Shown piece by piece: positions 42,430 through 55,130 of a DNA stretch of 64,000 nt (within the stretch, counting starts at the first letter, position 1; each line of letters opens with the position of its first letter). The stretch lies in contig OX597828.1 in the NCBI GenBank assembly GCA_951406725.2, positions 58,342,001-58,406,000 of the forward strand, given 5' to 3'. The translations under genes were made by a program, and so were the position numbers. The notes beneath the pieces were generated by a model. That model worked only from the letters and a program-made list of their open reading frames with translations, was not told the origin of the DNA and did not search any database. The stretch comes from Octopus vulgaris (Eukaryota).

Positions 42430-42708
42430 ACATGAGGAATATTTGAAGGAAGCAATTGCTCCAGCTCCCCTTCAGGGTTGGCGAAAGCGTTGTGGTGGAC
42501 AATGAAAAACCTGGCTGATGACAGTCAAGGCTGATCTGGAACCCAACCTAGGCCCCCATATCTACGGCATTCACCGCTGGAATAAGGAGTGGTTGGAGAT
42601 CACGTGGTTGTTAGCTTCAGATCGCCAGGCCTGGTCGGTGTTTGTGAGAGATGCATGAAGCCAGCTCAACCCACCCCGGGTGAATGCTGTAAGAAGAAGA
42701 AGAAGAAT
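42430..42708 (+). mobile_element. 5'-truncated RTE-clade LINE 3' end
   Basis: EAIAPAPLQGWRKRCGGQ*KTWLMTVKADLEPNLGPHIYG..RWNKEW...ASDRQAWS, an (AAG)n tail and TSD AATATACTAT. Confidence 0.88.
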
Positions 42709-43474
42709 AATATACTATGCTCTCTTTTGAAGTTTCATTTTAGGAGATGCAGGAAGGATCAGTTTTAATGCAAACTCCTATTTACGTCCATAATATATTT
42801 AAAACCATGATTCACTAAAACACCATCTAATTGTATCTGTTTGCTAAGTCAGACAATAGAATATTTGAAAACCTCCGCTTTAAGCATTACCTCCCACATA
42901 AGTTCCTTTCCTTAAAAGTATTTACCTTAAAAATGCTCTACCCCAATATTACATTGCATTGAAAAAAAATAACTCCTAGTACTGTCTTTATAAACTACCC
43001 CAAATGCCATGCCCCTTGTTTGAACTTGCTTTTTTCTCACTTAATGCCACCCCTGATTAAATATACTTCATGTGACATTTGGGAGAAGCCTATTTAACTA
43101 GAGGTAGCTTCTAATTAAATACTCACACTGTCTCTCTAATCACCTTTAAACACTTTCTTTTCTAACCTCAACTCCTTACCTGCTCACTTTTCTTTGTCAA
43201 GCCTGAAGTTGTCAAGTCAAACATTAACTATATTAATTAATCCATTTACCTAATTAAGGTTCTTTGGCTTACTACATTCAGTATGCTGGTGCCCACTTTA
43301 CCATTAACTATATTGTGATCTTACTTTCCAAGTTCAAAAGAAATAAAGTATTCTATGCTTATGTCTCTATACATTTAAAATTTTTGTAAAATCCGGCATT
43401 TTGCCAGTGAGATTGTGTAAGGTTTGTGTCACACTTTAGAGATTATTTACAACTTTTAGTAGGCTGGTTTCTCT

Positions 43475-43697
43475 TTACTCTTTTTACTCTCTCTTTTACT
43501 TGTTTCAGTCATTTGGCTGTGGCCATGCTGGAGCACCACCTTTTAGTCGAGCAAATCGACCCCAGGACTTATTCATTGTAAGCCTAGTACTTATTCTATC
43601 GGTCTCTTTTGCCGAACTGCTAAGTTACGGGGACGTAAACACACCAGCATCGGTTGTCAAGCGATGTTGGGGGACAAACACAGACTCACAAACATAT

Positions 43698-43752
<55 letters not shown>

Positions 43753-43918
43753 TACGAGGGGCTTCTTTCAGTTTCCATCTACCAAATCCACTCGCATGGC
43801 TTTGGTTGGCCCGAGGCTATAGTAGAAGACATTTGCCCAAGGTGCCACGCAGTGGGACTGAACCCGGAACCATGTAGTTGGTAAGCAAGCTACTTACCAC
43901 ACAGCCACTCCTACGCCT
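43475..43918 (-). mobile_element. SINE family B, young full-length copy
   Basis: CpG-rich, with head, core and tail all present. Confidence 0.9.
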
Positions 43919-44272
43919 ATTTCATTATTTCCATACTGGCATTTGTTGGATGGATTGTCACAGTCCGAGTCAACCCCTTTTCAGAGTTATAGCTTTTTAA
44001 AGCAGGTTGGAGGACCATGTCATTCTGCTACCTTTCATTTGGCAGGGTTTTGATGGCTGGATACCCTTCCTTAAAGCACTTTGTAGGGTACACAGTGCAT
44101 TTCATTATGGCTCCAGCACTAGTAAGGTTGCCTTGTTCACCTATACGAATGAAGTCCTTTCTACTCAATGCTTCTCCTATCTCCATTCAAGGCAAGCATG
44201 ACTGAAAGGAGGAATAGATGAGTATGGGTGTGATGGCTGAGCCAATAAATAGAATGGAAAGGGAGGATGTAA

Positions 44273-44560
44273 CACAGGTGTCCATAGGGACCCTGGGGTC
44301 CCCCAACCCAATGTAATAAATTGGGGGTCCATGGTAATCTTTCAGGTGCTATGAAAAAATTGTGCTTCAGACCAGTAAAGTTTATGTGCAGTAAATTGGT
44401 TACACATCCATTTCGCACAAAACATTTTGACAATTTTTATGAGTCCTAATATTTAATTATAAAAATATAAGATTTTTAAAACATTGGGGCTATGGGGGTC
44501 TGCCTGAGCAAAATAGGAATCAAAGGGATCCTTAGGTAAAAAATGATTGAGAACTCCCCA
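44273..44560. mobile_element. hAT-like MITE related to 2435-2997
   Basis: Shared GGGGGTCCAT and TCAAAGGG..CC.TAGGTAAAAAA..TTGAGAAC segments. Confidence 0.55.
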
Positions 44561-45109
44561 TGTAATAGAAGAGAGAATGTGATAAATAGTTATTTGTTGG
44601 CAAGAAAAGGAGTTATAGACGAGGTGGAGAGTGATGTAAGCCATCGATGAGTTGTGTAATCTATGTCAACAGTATGAGAGAGAGAGAGAAGTTGAAGGCT
44701 AGCAATAATGATGAGAGAGCGAGAGCGAGTAAGTGATGTATAGTATTGAAGCTGGGTGATGGTAAGAGAGGATGGTTGGTATCAGTGAAGAGTGATATGG
44801 GTGGCAGTGGAGAAAGAATGATGATCAACCCTCCTCCCTTGTTACACAGCTATGATGCCAGCTGATGGTGGGTGGGGGACAACTAAATACAGACAGATTT
44901 ATTGCCATCTTTGTTAATGTGAGGCCAAGCGAGAGTTAAGAGGAGTTTAGTGGAATTGATAGAAGACCTAAATATTAAATAAGTGTTCCAGCCTCCCTTA
45001 TCATTACCACTAGTTTAACAACTGTTTTTGCCATGGTTGGAAAGATCTTCTGTAGTTCCAGGTGTCACCACTCATTACAGTTCGTCTTCATAAGGATCAG
45101 CAATATACC

Positions 45110-45342
45110 TGTTTCTTTACTACGCACAAGGGGCTAAACACAGAGAGGACAAACAAGGACAGACAAACGATTTAAGTCGATTATATCGACCCCAGTGCAT
45201 AACTGGTACTTATTTAATCGACCCCGAAAGGATGAAAGGCAAAGTCGACCTTGGCGGAATTTGAACTCAGAACGTAGCAGCAGACGAAATACTGCTCAAC
45301 ATTTCGCCTGGCGTGCTAACGTTTCTGCCAGCTCGCCACCTT
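45110..45342 (-). mobile_element. SINE family A
   Basis: Full length with TSD ATATACCT. Similar copies at 46461-46670, 46880-47100 and 50590-50818. Confidence 0.88.
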
Positions 45343-47119
45343 ATATACCTTTAAATATACCTTTAAAAGGGAGATGTATATGATTCACTTTCAATTGGGG
45401 GATTTCATTCCTTTTTTCTAAAGCAACTCAAAATTGCATATCCAAAAGAAAATACTGATTTTTAGTGATAGAATTACAGAACAATAAAATTAGGTGTATA
45501 CTGATGAGTTCCAAGTATTTATCTACTCTGTACAAATGGTATAGACATTCTCAAAGAAATAACAGATGTTGGATACAAATGTAGCATGAATTTAAAGTGG
45601 AAAATACACAAAAATAGAGATAGATTTAGAGTTAAAATGAGTTAATTAGGTTAGGTTCGTTAAACAGTCATAATTGAAATGTGTATTAATGTACTGTAAA
45701 TTACAAACCTATGCAACCCGTCCTGGCATGTTAAAAATAGTTGTTCAATAATAAAGATGTTTGGGTTGGTATCCTTTTAGAGTTTATTATGAGAGTAGTA
45801 GCAGGTTTTTCATAGAGTAACGAATGTGATGGAAATTGTTCTGCTAAACTTGGCCTCATGGGTCAAGTTCTACCCAGAAGTTTCAAATCTCAGTTTCAAG
45901 TTGAAATTATTCTTATCAGCATATTGATGAAATCCTTACAACTGGGAATTTTCAAAGATTTCATGTTAATCATCATCATATGCCTGTTCCATGCTTGCAT
46001 GGGTCCAAGGATTGCATCATGCTCCAGTTTCTACTTTGGCTGGATGCCCTTCTTAATGCCAACCACTTCATAGAGTGCACTGGATGTTTTTTTGTGCCAC
46101 TAGCACTAGTGAAATTGCCATGCAGCTAGCAAGACTACAATTGCTGAGGGGGTGGAGGTGGGTGCAACTTTATGCTACAAGAATGAGGAGTAGAGAAGGG
46201 TAGGGTACCAGAGAAAAGGGCCAGAGCAGAATGGATTTCTTGCTGTAAAGGTGCAACATAACTAGTCACATTGTAGAAGTGAAGGGGAGAAGTAATGAGG
46301 TATAGCTGGAAAGTGCTAAAAAAAAAAAAGTTTGGTGAGGTGTGAGATTGGATTGGCCTTCAAGGTTTCAAATAATTTGTAATTTTGCATGTCTGCTCAG
46401 ATTACAAAATATCAAAGGTATTTTATATTCGTTTTCTGTGCTTCTATGGATTCAGTTTCTTATTTCTTTATTGCCCACAAGGGGCTAAACATAGAGAGGA
46501 CAAACAAGGACAAAGGGATTAAGTCAATTACATCGACCCCAGTGTGTAACTGGTACTTAATTTATTGACCCCGAAAGGATGAATGGCAAAGTCGACTTAG
46601 GTGGAATTTGAACTCACAACGTAATGGCAGATGAAATACCGCTCAGCATTTCTGCCAGCTTGCCACCTTAATCCAGTTTCTATTTTCTGTTATGTTTATC
46701 CATAGCCTAATCTTTGTCATTATATGTTGTGAATATTTATATAAAATTTAATTGTTGAATTCACATTTTCTATCTAATTTGGGATTCCATCTCTTTAAAA
46801 TCTTTTCTCCTTGCAACTTGATGCTACTGTCAGTTCTCTTGCAGCTACCAAATTGTGATAGCTTGCTACTTAATAATAATAATCCTTTCTACTATAAGTA
46901 CAAGGCCTGAAATTTTGGGCAAAGAGGGTCTAGTTCATCACGTTCAAACCTAGTGTTTCACTCTGGTACTTAATTTATCGACCCCAAAAGAATCAAAGGC
47001 AAAGTTGACCTTGGTGAAATTTGAACTCAGAGCATAAAGATGGACAAAATGCTACTAAGCATTTCACTCAGCATGCTAACAATTCTGACAGCTTGCTACT
47101 TTAATAATGATAATAATAA

Positions 47120-49271
47120 CTAGCAGGACCTGTGAAAAATTAATGGAAAACATAAAAAATGTAAGCATCTGTAAACAGTGTGCTGGTACCATGAGAAATG
47201 TTTGTATATTATGACTGTCTGTCTTTACGTTCTGAGTTCAAATTCTGTTGAGGTTGACTTTACCTTTTGTCCTTTTGGGGGTCAATAAATTAAGTACCAG
47301 TTGTGTACTGGGGTCGATCTAATCAATCGGCCCCCTCCCCACAAAAATTTAAAACCTAGAAAAGTATATTGTAACAGTTACAGAATATAGAAAGTAATGT
47401 AACACCAATGACTATATAATCCAACCAAAATATCTCAGTTACACAAACGTATATGGAATTACTATTTAACCTTGAAATACATCGTGCATATTCAAAGAAC
47501 CTTCTTGGTTTAGTGGTACGGAACGTTCTTCTGGTATTCTTTTCTTTTACTTGTTTCAGTCATTTAACGGTGGCCATACTGAAGCACCACCCTTTAGTTG
47601 AAGGAATTTGACCCCTGGACTTAGTCTCTGTAAGCCTGGTGCTTATTCTATCGGTCTCTTCTGCTGAACAGCTAAATTACAGGGATGCAAACACACCAAC
47701 ATCGGTTGTCAAGCAATGGTGGTGGGACAAACACAGACACACATATATACATACATATATATGTATATATATATGACTGGCTTGGAGGTAGTGGTGATGC
47801 TGGCTGGTGCGATTTTGTGGTTTGCTGGTATGCCAAGAGAGATCCAGTGAGTCCCTAACTGGTTCCCTGATCTTGAAGGTTAAATGATGGTGTGGCGGTG
47901 GTCTTCCTCAGTACTTCATGGTAGACAATATTTTGTGTGTATTTCACACCACATTTTTGGCCGTGTCTGTTATCCCATTTGAGTGTCATAACTCTTACTT
48001 TGATATTGTTCATAGCTCGTGCTTTTGAAAATGCGACATATATTTTGGCCATGAGAAAATACCAGTTGAGGCAAATGTATTCCAACTTTTTCAAATGTTT
48101 GCCCTTGGGCCTTATTGTCATTGAATATGCAAGTCGAAGTGGAAACTGAAGTCTGTTTAATGTGAATGGGATATTTGCATCACTTGGGCTAAGTTTAATT
48201 CTGGGAATTAGAACTGCATGACCTTTGTTGAGGCCTGTTACCAATGATGATACCTCTGCACGATGTTCATCAAGTTTTTGCACTTTCATGTGAGTTCCAT
48301 TACCTAATCCTTGATTGATTGAAAGATTTCTTAGCAAAATAAAAAAGCACCTACTTTTAAGTTGAGGCGATGAGGAAGAATACTGGATGGAGTGAGTTTA
48401 TGATATCAAATGGATAGTTCTGAACCTCCTCTTCATTATTGCAGGACACTGAATCTGTGCTTAAGTACGTTTTAAGGGCCTCTGGTATAATATTAAGAAC
48501 TTTTTCATTTATTGCAAGACTGTCAGAATTTTTAGGAGATAAAATTACTCGTTTTTCCATTTCTTCTGGTGTGCAGTTGTTGAAAATTTCTGGGTACAAA
48601 TGTAACAGTTGAAATGCAAAAGCACAAAATAATAAATGGATTTATGAATGAAAATTTGGTAATTGCGTTTATCTCCACCACACGACACTTATTATTGCAA
48701 ACATGTTTTAACTAACCTAAACTATACACACATACAAATACATTCATATATATATGTCTGGAGTTGTAGCTGTAATTCAAAGGGGCCAGCTTTGTCATAT
48801 TCTGTGTGAGGCTGTATCTCCCTGAGAGCTATGTTAATGTTATGCATGTCTGTGGAGTACTCAGCCATTTGTGAGTTAATTTTATCCTCGTGTGGTAATG
48901 AAAGGTGAAATTGACGGCCAATATTTGCTGCGTCTATGTATCTGTGTATCAACTTTTCTTTGGATTTATGTATCTACTGTCTCTCACTTTCTCTCTTTCA
49001 CTTTGTGTCCCTCTTTATTTAACAATGTGTATATGTATCTCACTGTCTCTTTCACTCTCTCACTTTTCTCTCTCTCTCACTCTTTCCTTCTCTCTTACGT
49101 CTTCTCTGAAACATTTAAGAACACAGAACGAATGCTGTCACTACTCATTGTCTCTTTCACTCTCTCTTCCTCTCTGTCCTTCTCTCTCTCGCTTTGCCAC
49201 TTCTTTGAAGTAAGTGTGACGCACACAACAGGTACGTACAAAAACAAAAAGCATATTTTTAATATTATTGA
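47120..49271 (-). mobile_element. Internally deleted Helitron with nested SINEs
   Basis: Minus strand 5' end A|TCAATAATATTAAAAA, 3' end CTAG|T with a degenerate hairpin, inserted in (TAA)n. Carries a PIF1 helicase remnant. Confidence 0.65.
47905..48600 (-). pseudogene. Helitron RepHel PIF1-family helicase C-terminal fragment
   Basis: RVILSPKN, KTYLSTDSV, MLRNL..NQGLGNGT, IPRI.LSP, RLQFPLRLAYSMTI, YVAFS, NIVYHEVL, with frameshifts. Confidence 0.92.
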
Positions 49272-49599
49272 TAATACCAACAACAACAACAGTATGTTCG
49301 ATGCATTACTACACATTTTTCAAGCTTATCTTCAAATTAACTACATTTTGCTTCTGTGTTAAAGAAATTACTTTGTTGTTACTCAACCCGCTACAAATAG
49401 CAGTTAAATCTTCCACAAATTAGTCCCCGCCATCTTAAAAAAGACACTTTGGATAATGGTGGATGGGGGCAGAAAAGCTGATCTTGGTTGGAATGCTTTT
49501 GATCATAGTTCACTCAGGGTTGGTGGGGGGGTGCAGGGCTAAACAGCATAAACAGATGGTCTCACAAACCTAATCTTATGGGCTGTTTTACTTTCAAGT

Positions 49600-49985
49600 T
49601 CTTTTATCTTCTAATTGTTTTAGTTATTGGGTTGTGGCCATGCTGGGGCACTGCTTTGAATGCAATAATCAAAGAAATGGACCTCAGTCCTTTTTTTTTT
49701 AAACCTTCTACTTATCAGTTTCTTTTGCCAAACTTCAAAGTTATGAGTGATGTAAACAAACCAAAAAAAGGTTGTTAAGGGCTGGTAGGGAACAAACACT
49801 GATGCGCATGCACACACACACACACACCCAATGGGGTTTCTATCTACCAAATCCACTCACAAGGCTGTGGTTGGCCTGGGGCTATAGTGACTGACACTTG
49901 CCTAAGGGTGCTGCATAGAGGAACTGAACCCCAGACCCTATAGTTGGGAAGCAAACTTCTCAGCCACACAGCTACTCCTATGGCT
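49600..49985 (-). mobile_element. SINE family B
   Basis: Homologous to 43475-43918. Confidence 0.8.
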
Positions 49986-52900
49986 TTCATACATTTTTTC
50001 TATAAAGACGCATACATTATTAAGTTTTATTAAAGATGAGTAGTTGCACTTTAGGTACCAATCACAGTGAAGTGACATGGAAACTAATTGAATGTAATAA
50101 GCAAACAGCTCCAATCAATACTTGAGAAATGGATGATGCTAATTAATTTTTTTCTTTTTCCATTAAGATTTTGTCTCTTAATAGTAAGGAAGAGTCTCTT
50201 GTAAACAAGACTCTTGGACGCTGATCCATTCATTTCTCTCTCCCTCCCTCCCTCCCTCCCCTCTCCCCCTCTCTCTCACAGATTTTAAATGGATCTCCAA
50301 TGGCTGTTTGTTTCTTAAAGACTTTGGTTGATTGTTTGTCTCCTTTTACCTGATTCAGTCTTTTGACTGTGACCAAGCTGGAGCACTGCCTTGATGGGTT
50401 TTATTGAACAAGTCAATCCCAGTACTTATAAGCTTGGTACTTATTCCTGCCAGTCTCTTCTTGTTGAACTGCTAAGTTATAGTAATGTAAACAAACCAAC
50501 ACCAGTTGTCAAGCAGTGGTGATGCAGTAAAAACAAAATGCACATAGGTATATATATATATATTGTGGAAGATCTGATAAAATGGATATGTTTCTTTATT
50601 ACCCACAAGGGGCTAAACATAGAGGGGACAAACAAGGACAGACAAACGAATTAAGTCGATTACATCGACCCCAGTGCGTAACTGGTACTTAATTTATCAA
50701 CCCCGAAAGGATGAAAGGCAAAGTCAACCTTGGCGGAATTTGAACTCAGAACGTAGCAGCAGATGAAATATGGCTACGCATTTCGCCTGGCGTGCTAACG
50801 TTTCTGCCGGCTCCAGCCTTATTTTTTGATTCCACATTAGCCTCCAGAACATTGATTTAAATACATGTAAATACCCTCTTGTAAGTTAGAGAATTAGTCC
50901 CTTTTGAGTCAGACCTTAATTTAGTTACCAACATTAGATTCTGTAAGTACCATATCTACTTTCAAAACTAAATTGAATCAATATAGTCCAACCCATGCCA
51001 GCATGGAAAGCAGACATTAAATGATTCTGATCAGAGACCCTCATACAATGGGTTTCTTTCAAATTCACTAACAAGGTTGTGGTTAGTTCCGAGCTACAGT
51101 GGAAGACACTTGGCCCAAGGTGCCACATAGTGGGACTGAACCCAAGACCACATGGTTGGTAAACAAGCTTCTTGCCACACAGCCACACCTTCACCTAAAG
51201 CCAAGTCTCTTTAACTTTTACTAATGTTTGCAGATCATTTCCAATTTTGTTTCATTCTATTAAAACCTGTTAATTTACAAAAAATAGAAAAATAAAAGTT
51301 GCTTCTTTCTCTTATATACACTTTGTGGCAGATGTCAGCTTTTCTATATTGTTTATGTTTTCATGTTTAACCGAATTGCTTTTGTTAAATAATAATGAAT
51401 GGTAAATTGGCTGTTGCTCTAAAATGCCGAAATAACCACAGGATATATTTATAGTAAATAGAACAGTTGTCAGGATGTAATTTTGTTGGTAGAAGGGAAC
51501 TGATAAAAAAAAAAAAGTCTGCTGTAAAGGCCATCAAGTGTTATCTACTACAGAAATGTGTGTGTGTGATTTATTTATAGATAGATAGATACACACATGT
51601 CCATGGTAAAAGTAGTTGGAGTGTTATTTGAATATCATTGGAAAACTGCTTCTGGCTGACTCTAATTGACTATTTCTACTTCCATTCGTTGATTAATTTA
51701 AATTTTTCTTTTCTAATTATGTTTCTTACTCTTATTTGTCCTTTTGTGCTCTGAGTGATTACTTTAATGAGTAAAGACAGTTTCTTGTGTGTTGCTTGCT
51801 TTAGCATTCACATTACTTTATCAAATGTAATGCTTATTTATTGACATTGTTTTGAATTTATCCTGCTTTCACTTGTAGCTCCAAGATTTCGATGACGTGA
51901 TTTTAAAAATGACATTGTAGGATAGGTGTGAAAGACTGGGTCTGGCCAGTTAGAACATAAACAGGTAGAATAATTAGGCCAGATATGGCCGGTTGGTTTA
52001 AATGCTACTGTGTTATAGCTTTTCTTTTTATACCAGCTTCACTAATCATAAAGAAAACTTGTGTTCAACAAAGGCTAAATTCATATTTAATTCTTTCAGG
52101 TTTTAATGATTAGAACACTAATTAAATTTCGGGCTAATCAAGATTTTGGAGGAGTTTGGGAAAATATCTATAACTTTATATTTTAGCATATTATGTTGGT
52201 GTTGCTGACCAACTAAAATCACATGAAATTTTAGTTTAAATCTGACTACTTTAGTACAGGTGTAGTTGTTACTTAGTATTTGTCATAGAAATTTTGAAAG
52301 CATTATTTATCTATAGTTTTTTCATAGTGATTAATATATGGTTCAAAGTTATGGTGTATAAAACATTTATACACCTTAAAGGTTTCCTCTCGTAAGTAGC
52401 TACTATATTTAAGGTATAGTGTTAAAATTAGTAGATTTCTGAGTCTAGTTTTATTGTATAAGCTATACAAACATTGCACTTTGATTAGTTGTATCTTGGA
52501 ATTATATTGAGGAATTATAAAAAGTTTCATTATTAAAAGACAAAACATGATTTTTAAAGCTGAATTTTCTTTATTGACTTTGATAGATAATTGATAACAA
52601 GTGTTTGTTCCGAGGTTGTGTGCTGAGAGTTAATGTAATTAGCTAATAAAAAAAAAAATAACGGAGGAAGTCAGCATAACTCAAAAAGAAATTAGAAATG
52701 ATAATTATTAGCAATTTTGATGCCGACCTACCTGAATCTGCCCTGATTCTATGACGCAAACTCCCTGTTTCAATATTCTCTTAATTGAAATTTTCCATTA
52801 GAATTTTAGGCTAATTTGTTGCAAACATCAGCTTATCAAGCTATTTTAATAAATTATTTATTTTCAATTTTAAGATTTCAGAAATATAGTAACAAAAGGG

Positions 52901-54827
52901 TTAATGTAAATTCCAAAATTCATGAGAATATTTTTACATTTAAAAAAAAAAAATTCAAGTTTAAATTTCTTTTGAATTTTATTTTTGGTTGTTTCTTAAT
53001 GTTTTGATGAGTTGTCTTAGCTTTTGATGAGAGGAAATATATCAAGTGAAAATACAACTCTGTGTCAGCCCTTGTTCTCTTTCTATTCGGATAAAGCAGA
53101 ATAGTATGACAGCAACTAATTATCTACTACTAAAAATTAACACTGAAACGTGTCTCTTTCAATTTGATCATAATTATTTGAATTACACCTAAGTATTTCA
53201 TTTGTGTTGGTACGAAAGGTAGAAAGGTGAAGGTGAACAGGTAGAGGATTGGTATTATAGATAACTTTCCCTATCTTCAAGTAAAAGTAGATGAATTTAC
53301 AGAAAATAGAAATCCAAACAAAGACATCAATGCAGGATTAATGCCAAGATGGTTTTATTCCATTAAATCACAGAATGTGAAAATCTGTTCCTTTTGTTGG
53401 CCAGTAAAAAACCTGATGATGATCAACAACAAAAAGTTAATGTTGCATATAAAAAAACAAAAAAGCTTCAGTTTCTATTTTAAGAACTTGTTTAATGATC
53501 GGTTGTTAATTATAGATATGATATCACTATTTTCTGAAGTTCGTTAATTAAACGTATGTGTGTATTTGTGTGTGTATGTGTGTGTGTGTGTGTGTATATA
53601 TCTCAATCATCGTTTAACGTCTACCTTCCAAGCTGGTATGGGTTGGACGGTTTGACTGGATCTGGCCAAGCAGAAGACTGCACCGGACTTTTGTGTCTGT
53701 TTTGGCAAGGTTTTCATGGTTGGTTGCCCTTTCTAACACCAACCACCCAGCAGAGTGGATCATATATATATGAGAACTTGTTGCAAACAAACTTATAAGG
53801 GCTGGTCTCTTAGTTCAGAGCATTCAGCTGGAATTTAAGAAGTATAGGGTTTGATTTCCCATCTTCTAAATGATATTTACCTGATTTTCTAACCTGTCTT
53901 CAAAGCTATTCTGCGTTCAAGTATTCCTTTATTTTCTGTATTTATATATTTATCTATTAAGCTTTTCAAGAAAAGGGGTGATAGTGATTTTGAAGTCTCG
54001 GTCTATTGGCTATAGTCTGTTAAAAGCAATTAGGCTAAAACAGTGAAGTCATTGTCACCCGTTTCGTTATAAAAGCATAATAAACATGTACTTTACTGAA
54101 AAGCATTGAATATGTTTCCATTTTAATGTTAAATTGTTTTTGTTATAGCACAGAAACAAACGTGTCTGTTTGTATGTGTATGTATGTGTTTGTGTTTGTA
54201 TAGTACAGCACAAAGTGGAAGTTATTGAAACCAGGGATAATAATGCTTAAGAAAGGCGCTCTAAGCAATTGCAATAATTACGGAATAAATCTGCTGTCTG
54301 TTTTCTTACAAACTGTTCTGCAGTGACCTCGTTACCTCCTTAAAGAAGGTGGTTAATGAAGATTTATGATGGGAACCGGTGGGATTCAGGAATGGAGGGT
54401 TGTGAGTGAACAAATTGTCATGTTTGGCAACATTGAATCATGAGTTTGAACAGTTGCCTTTGGTCGACTCTGACTTAAAGAAGGTCTTCAATGACATGCA
54501 AAGTGAATCTCTATGCAAAACTGCCATGCTGTGTAGAGTCCCCACCCGCCGCATTAACATCATGAGACATCTTGAAAGGATAGCAATTGATGTAAATGTT
54601 TGAGACCAGTGTAATAGCAGGTGTGTGAAGTTCACCAAACTGCTTTGTCGATAACAAAGGATTTCTTTTTTGATGTATTTCTAGTGGTGGCCAAGAACAA
54701 CATGACTATGGTCTGTTGTTAATTAATTTAAGTTTGAAGCAAATATGAAGGTAAATGCTAATTAAAGATGGAAATTGATTTCAAGTTTTGGCACAAGGCC
54801 AGCAATTTTGACCCTCAGTACTCAACT

Positions 54828-55130
54828 TCTTCTTCTTACAGCATTCACCTGGGGTGGGTTGAGCTGGCTTCATTCATCCTCGATGCTGCATCTCTCACAA
54901 ACGCCGACCAGGCTTGGCGATTTGAGGCTAACGACCACTTGATCTCCAACCACTCCTTATTCCAGTGGCGAACGCCGTAGATATGGAAGCCCGCATAGCT
55001 CAGTCGGTAGAGCATCAGACTTTTATGAAATCTGAGGGTCGCGGGTTCAAGTCCCTCTGCGGGTGACAGGATTTTAGGCCCCCGTATCTACGGCATTCGC
55101 TTGATCTGGAACCCAACCTAGGCCCCCATA
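54828..55130 (-). mobile_element. Composite RTE insertion (3' end + tRNA + inverted RTE fragments) inside a family A SINE
   Basis: 13-bp TSD TCAGTACTCAACT at 54815-54827 and 55131-55143. 54828-54987 is the reverse complement of the RTE end seen at 42430 and 60000. Confidence 0.88.
54989..55065 (+). tRNA. tRNA-Lys(TTT) copy with a 4-nt insert (TGAA) at 37/38; possibly a retroposed pre-tRNA
   Basis: GCCCGCA..TAGCTCAGTCGGTAGAGC-A-TCAGA-CTTTTA[TGAA]A-TCTGA-GGGTC-GCGGG-TTCAAGT-CCCTC-TGCGGGT-G. A and B boxes intact, TTTT at 55072-55075, one T-stem mismatch. Confidence 0.85.

Noticed and set aside
45495-45530. CTGATGAG as a hammerhead core
   Set aside because: No stem II/GAAA partner downstream.
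54438-54638. Minus-strand ORF containing LHSMAVLHRD, resembling a kinase catalytic loop
   Set aside because: Lacks the following LKxxN and other kinase motifs. Likely chance.
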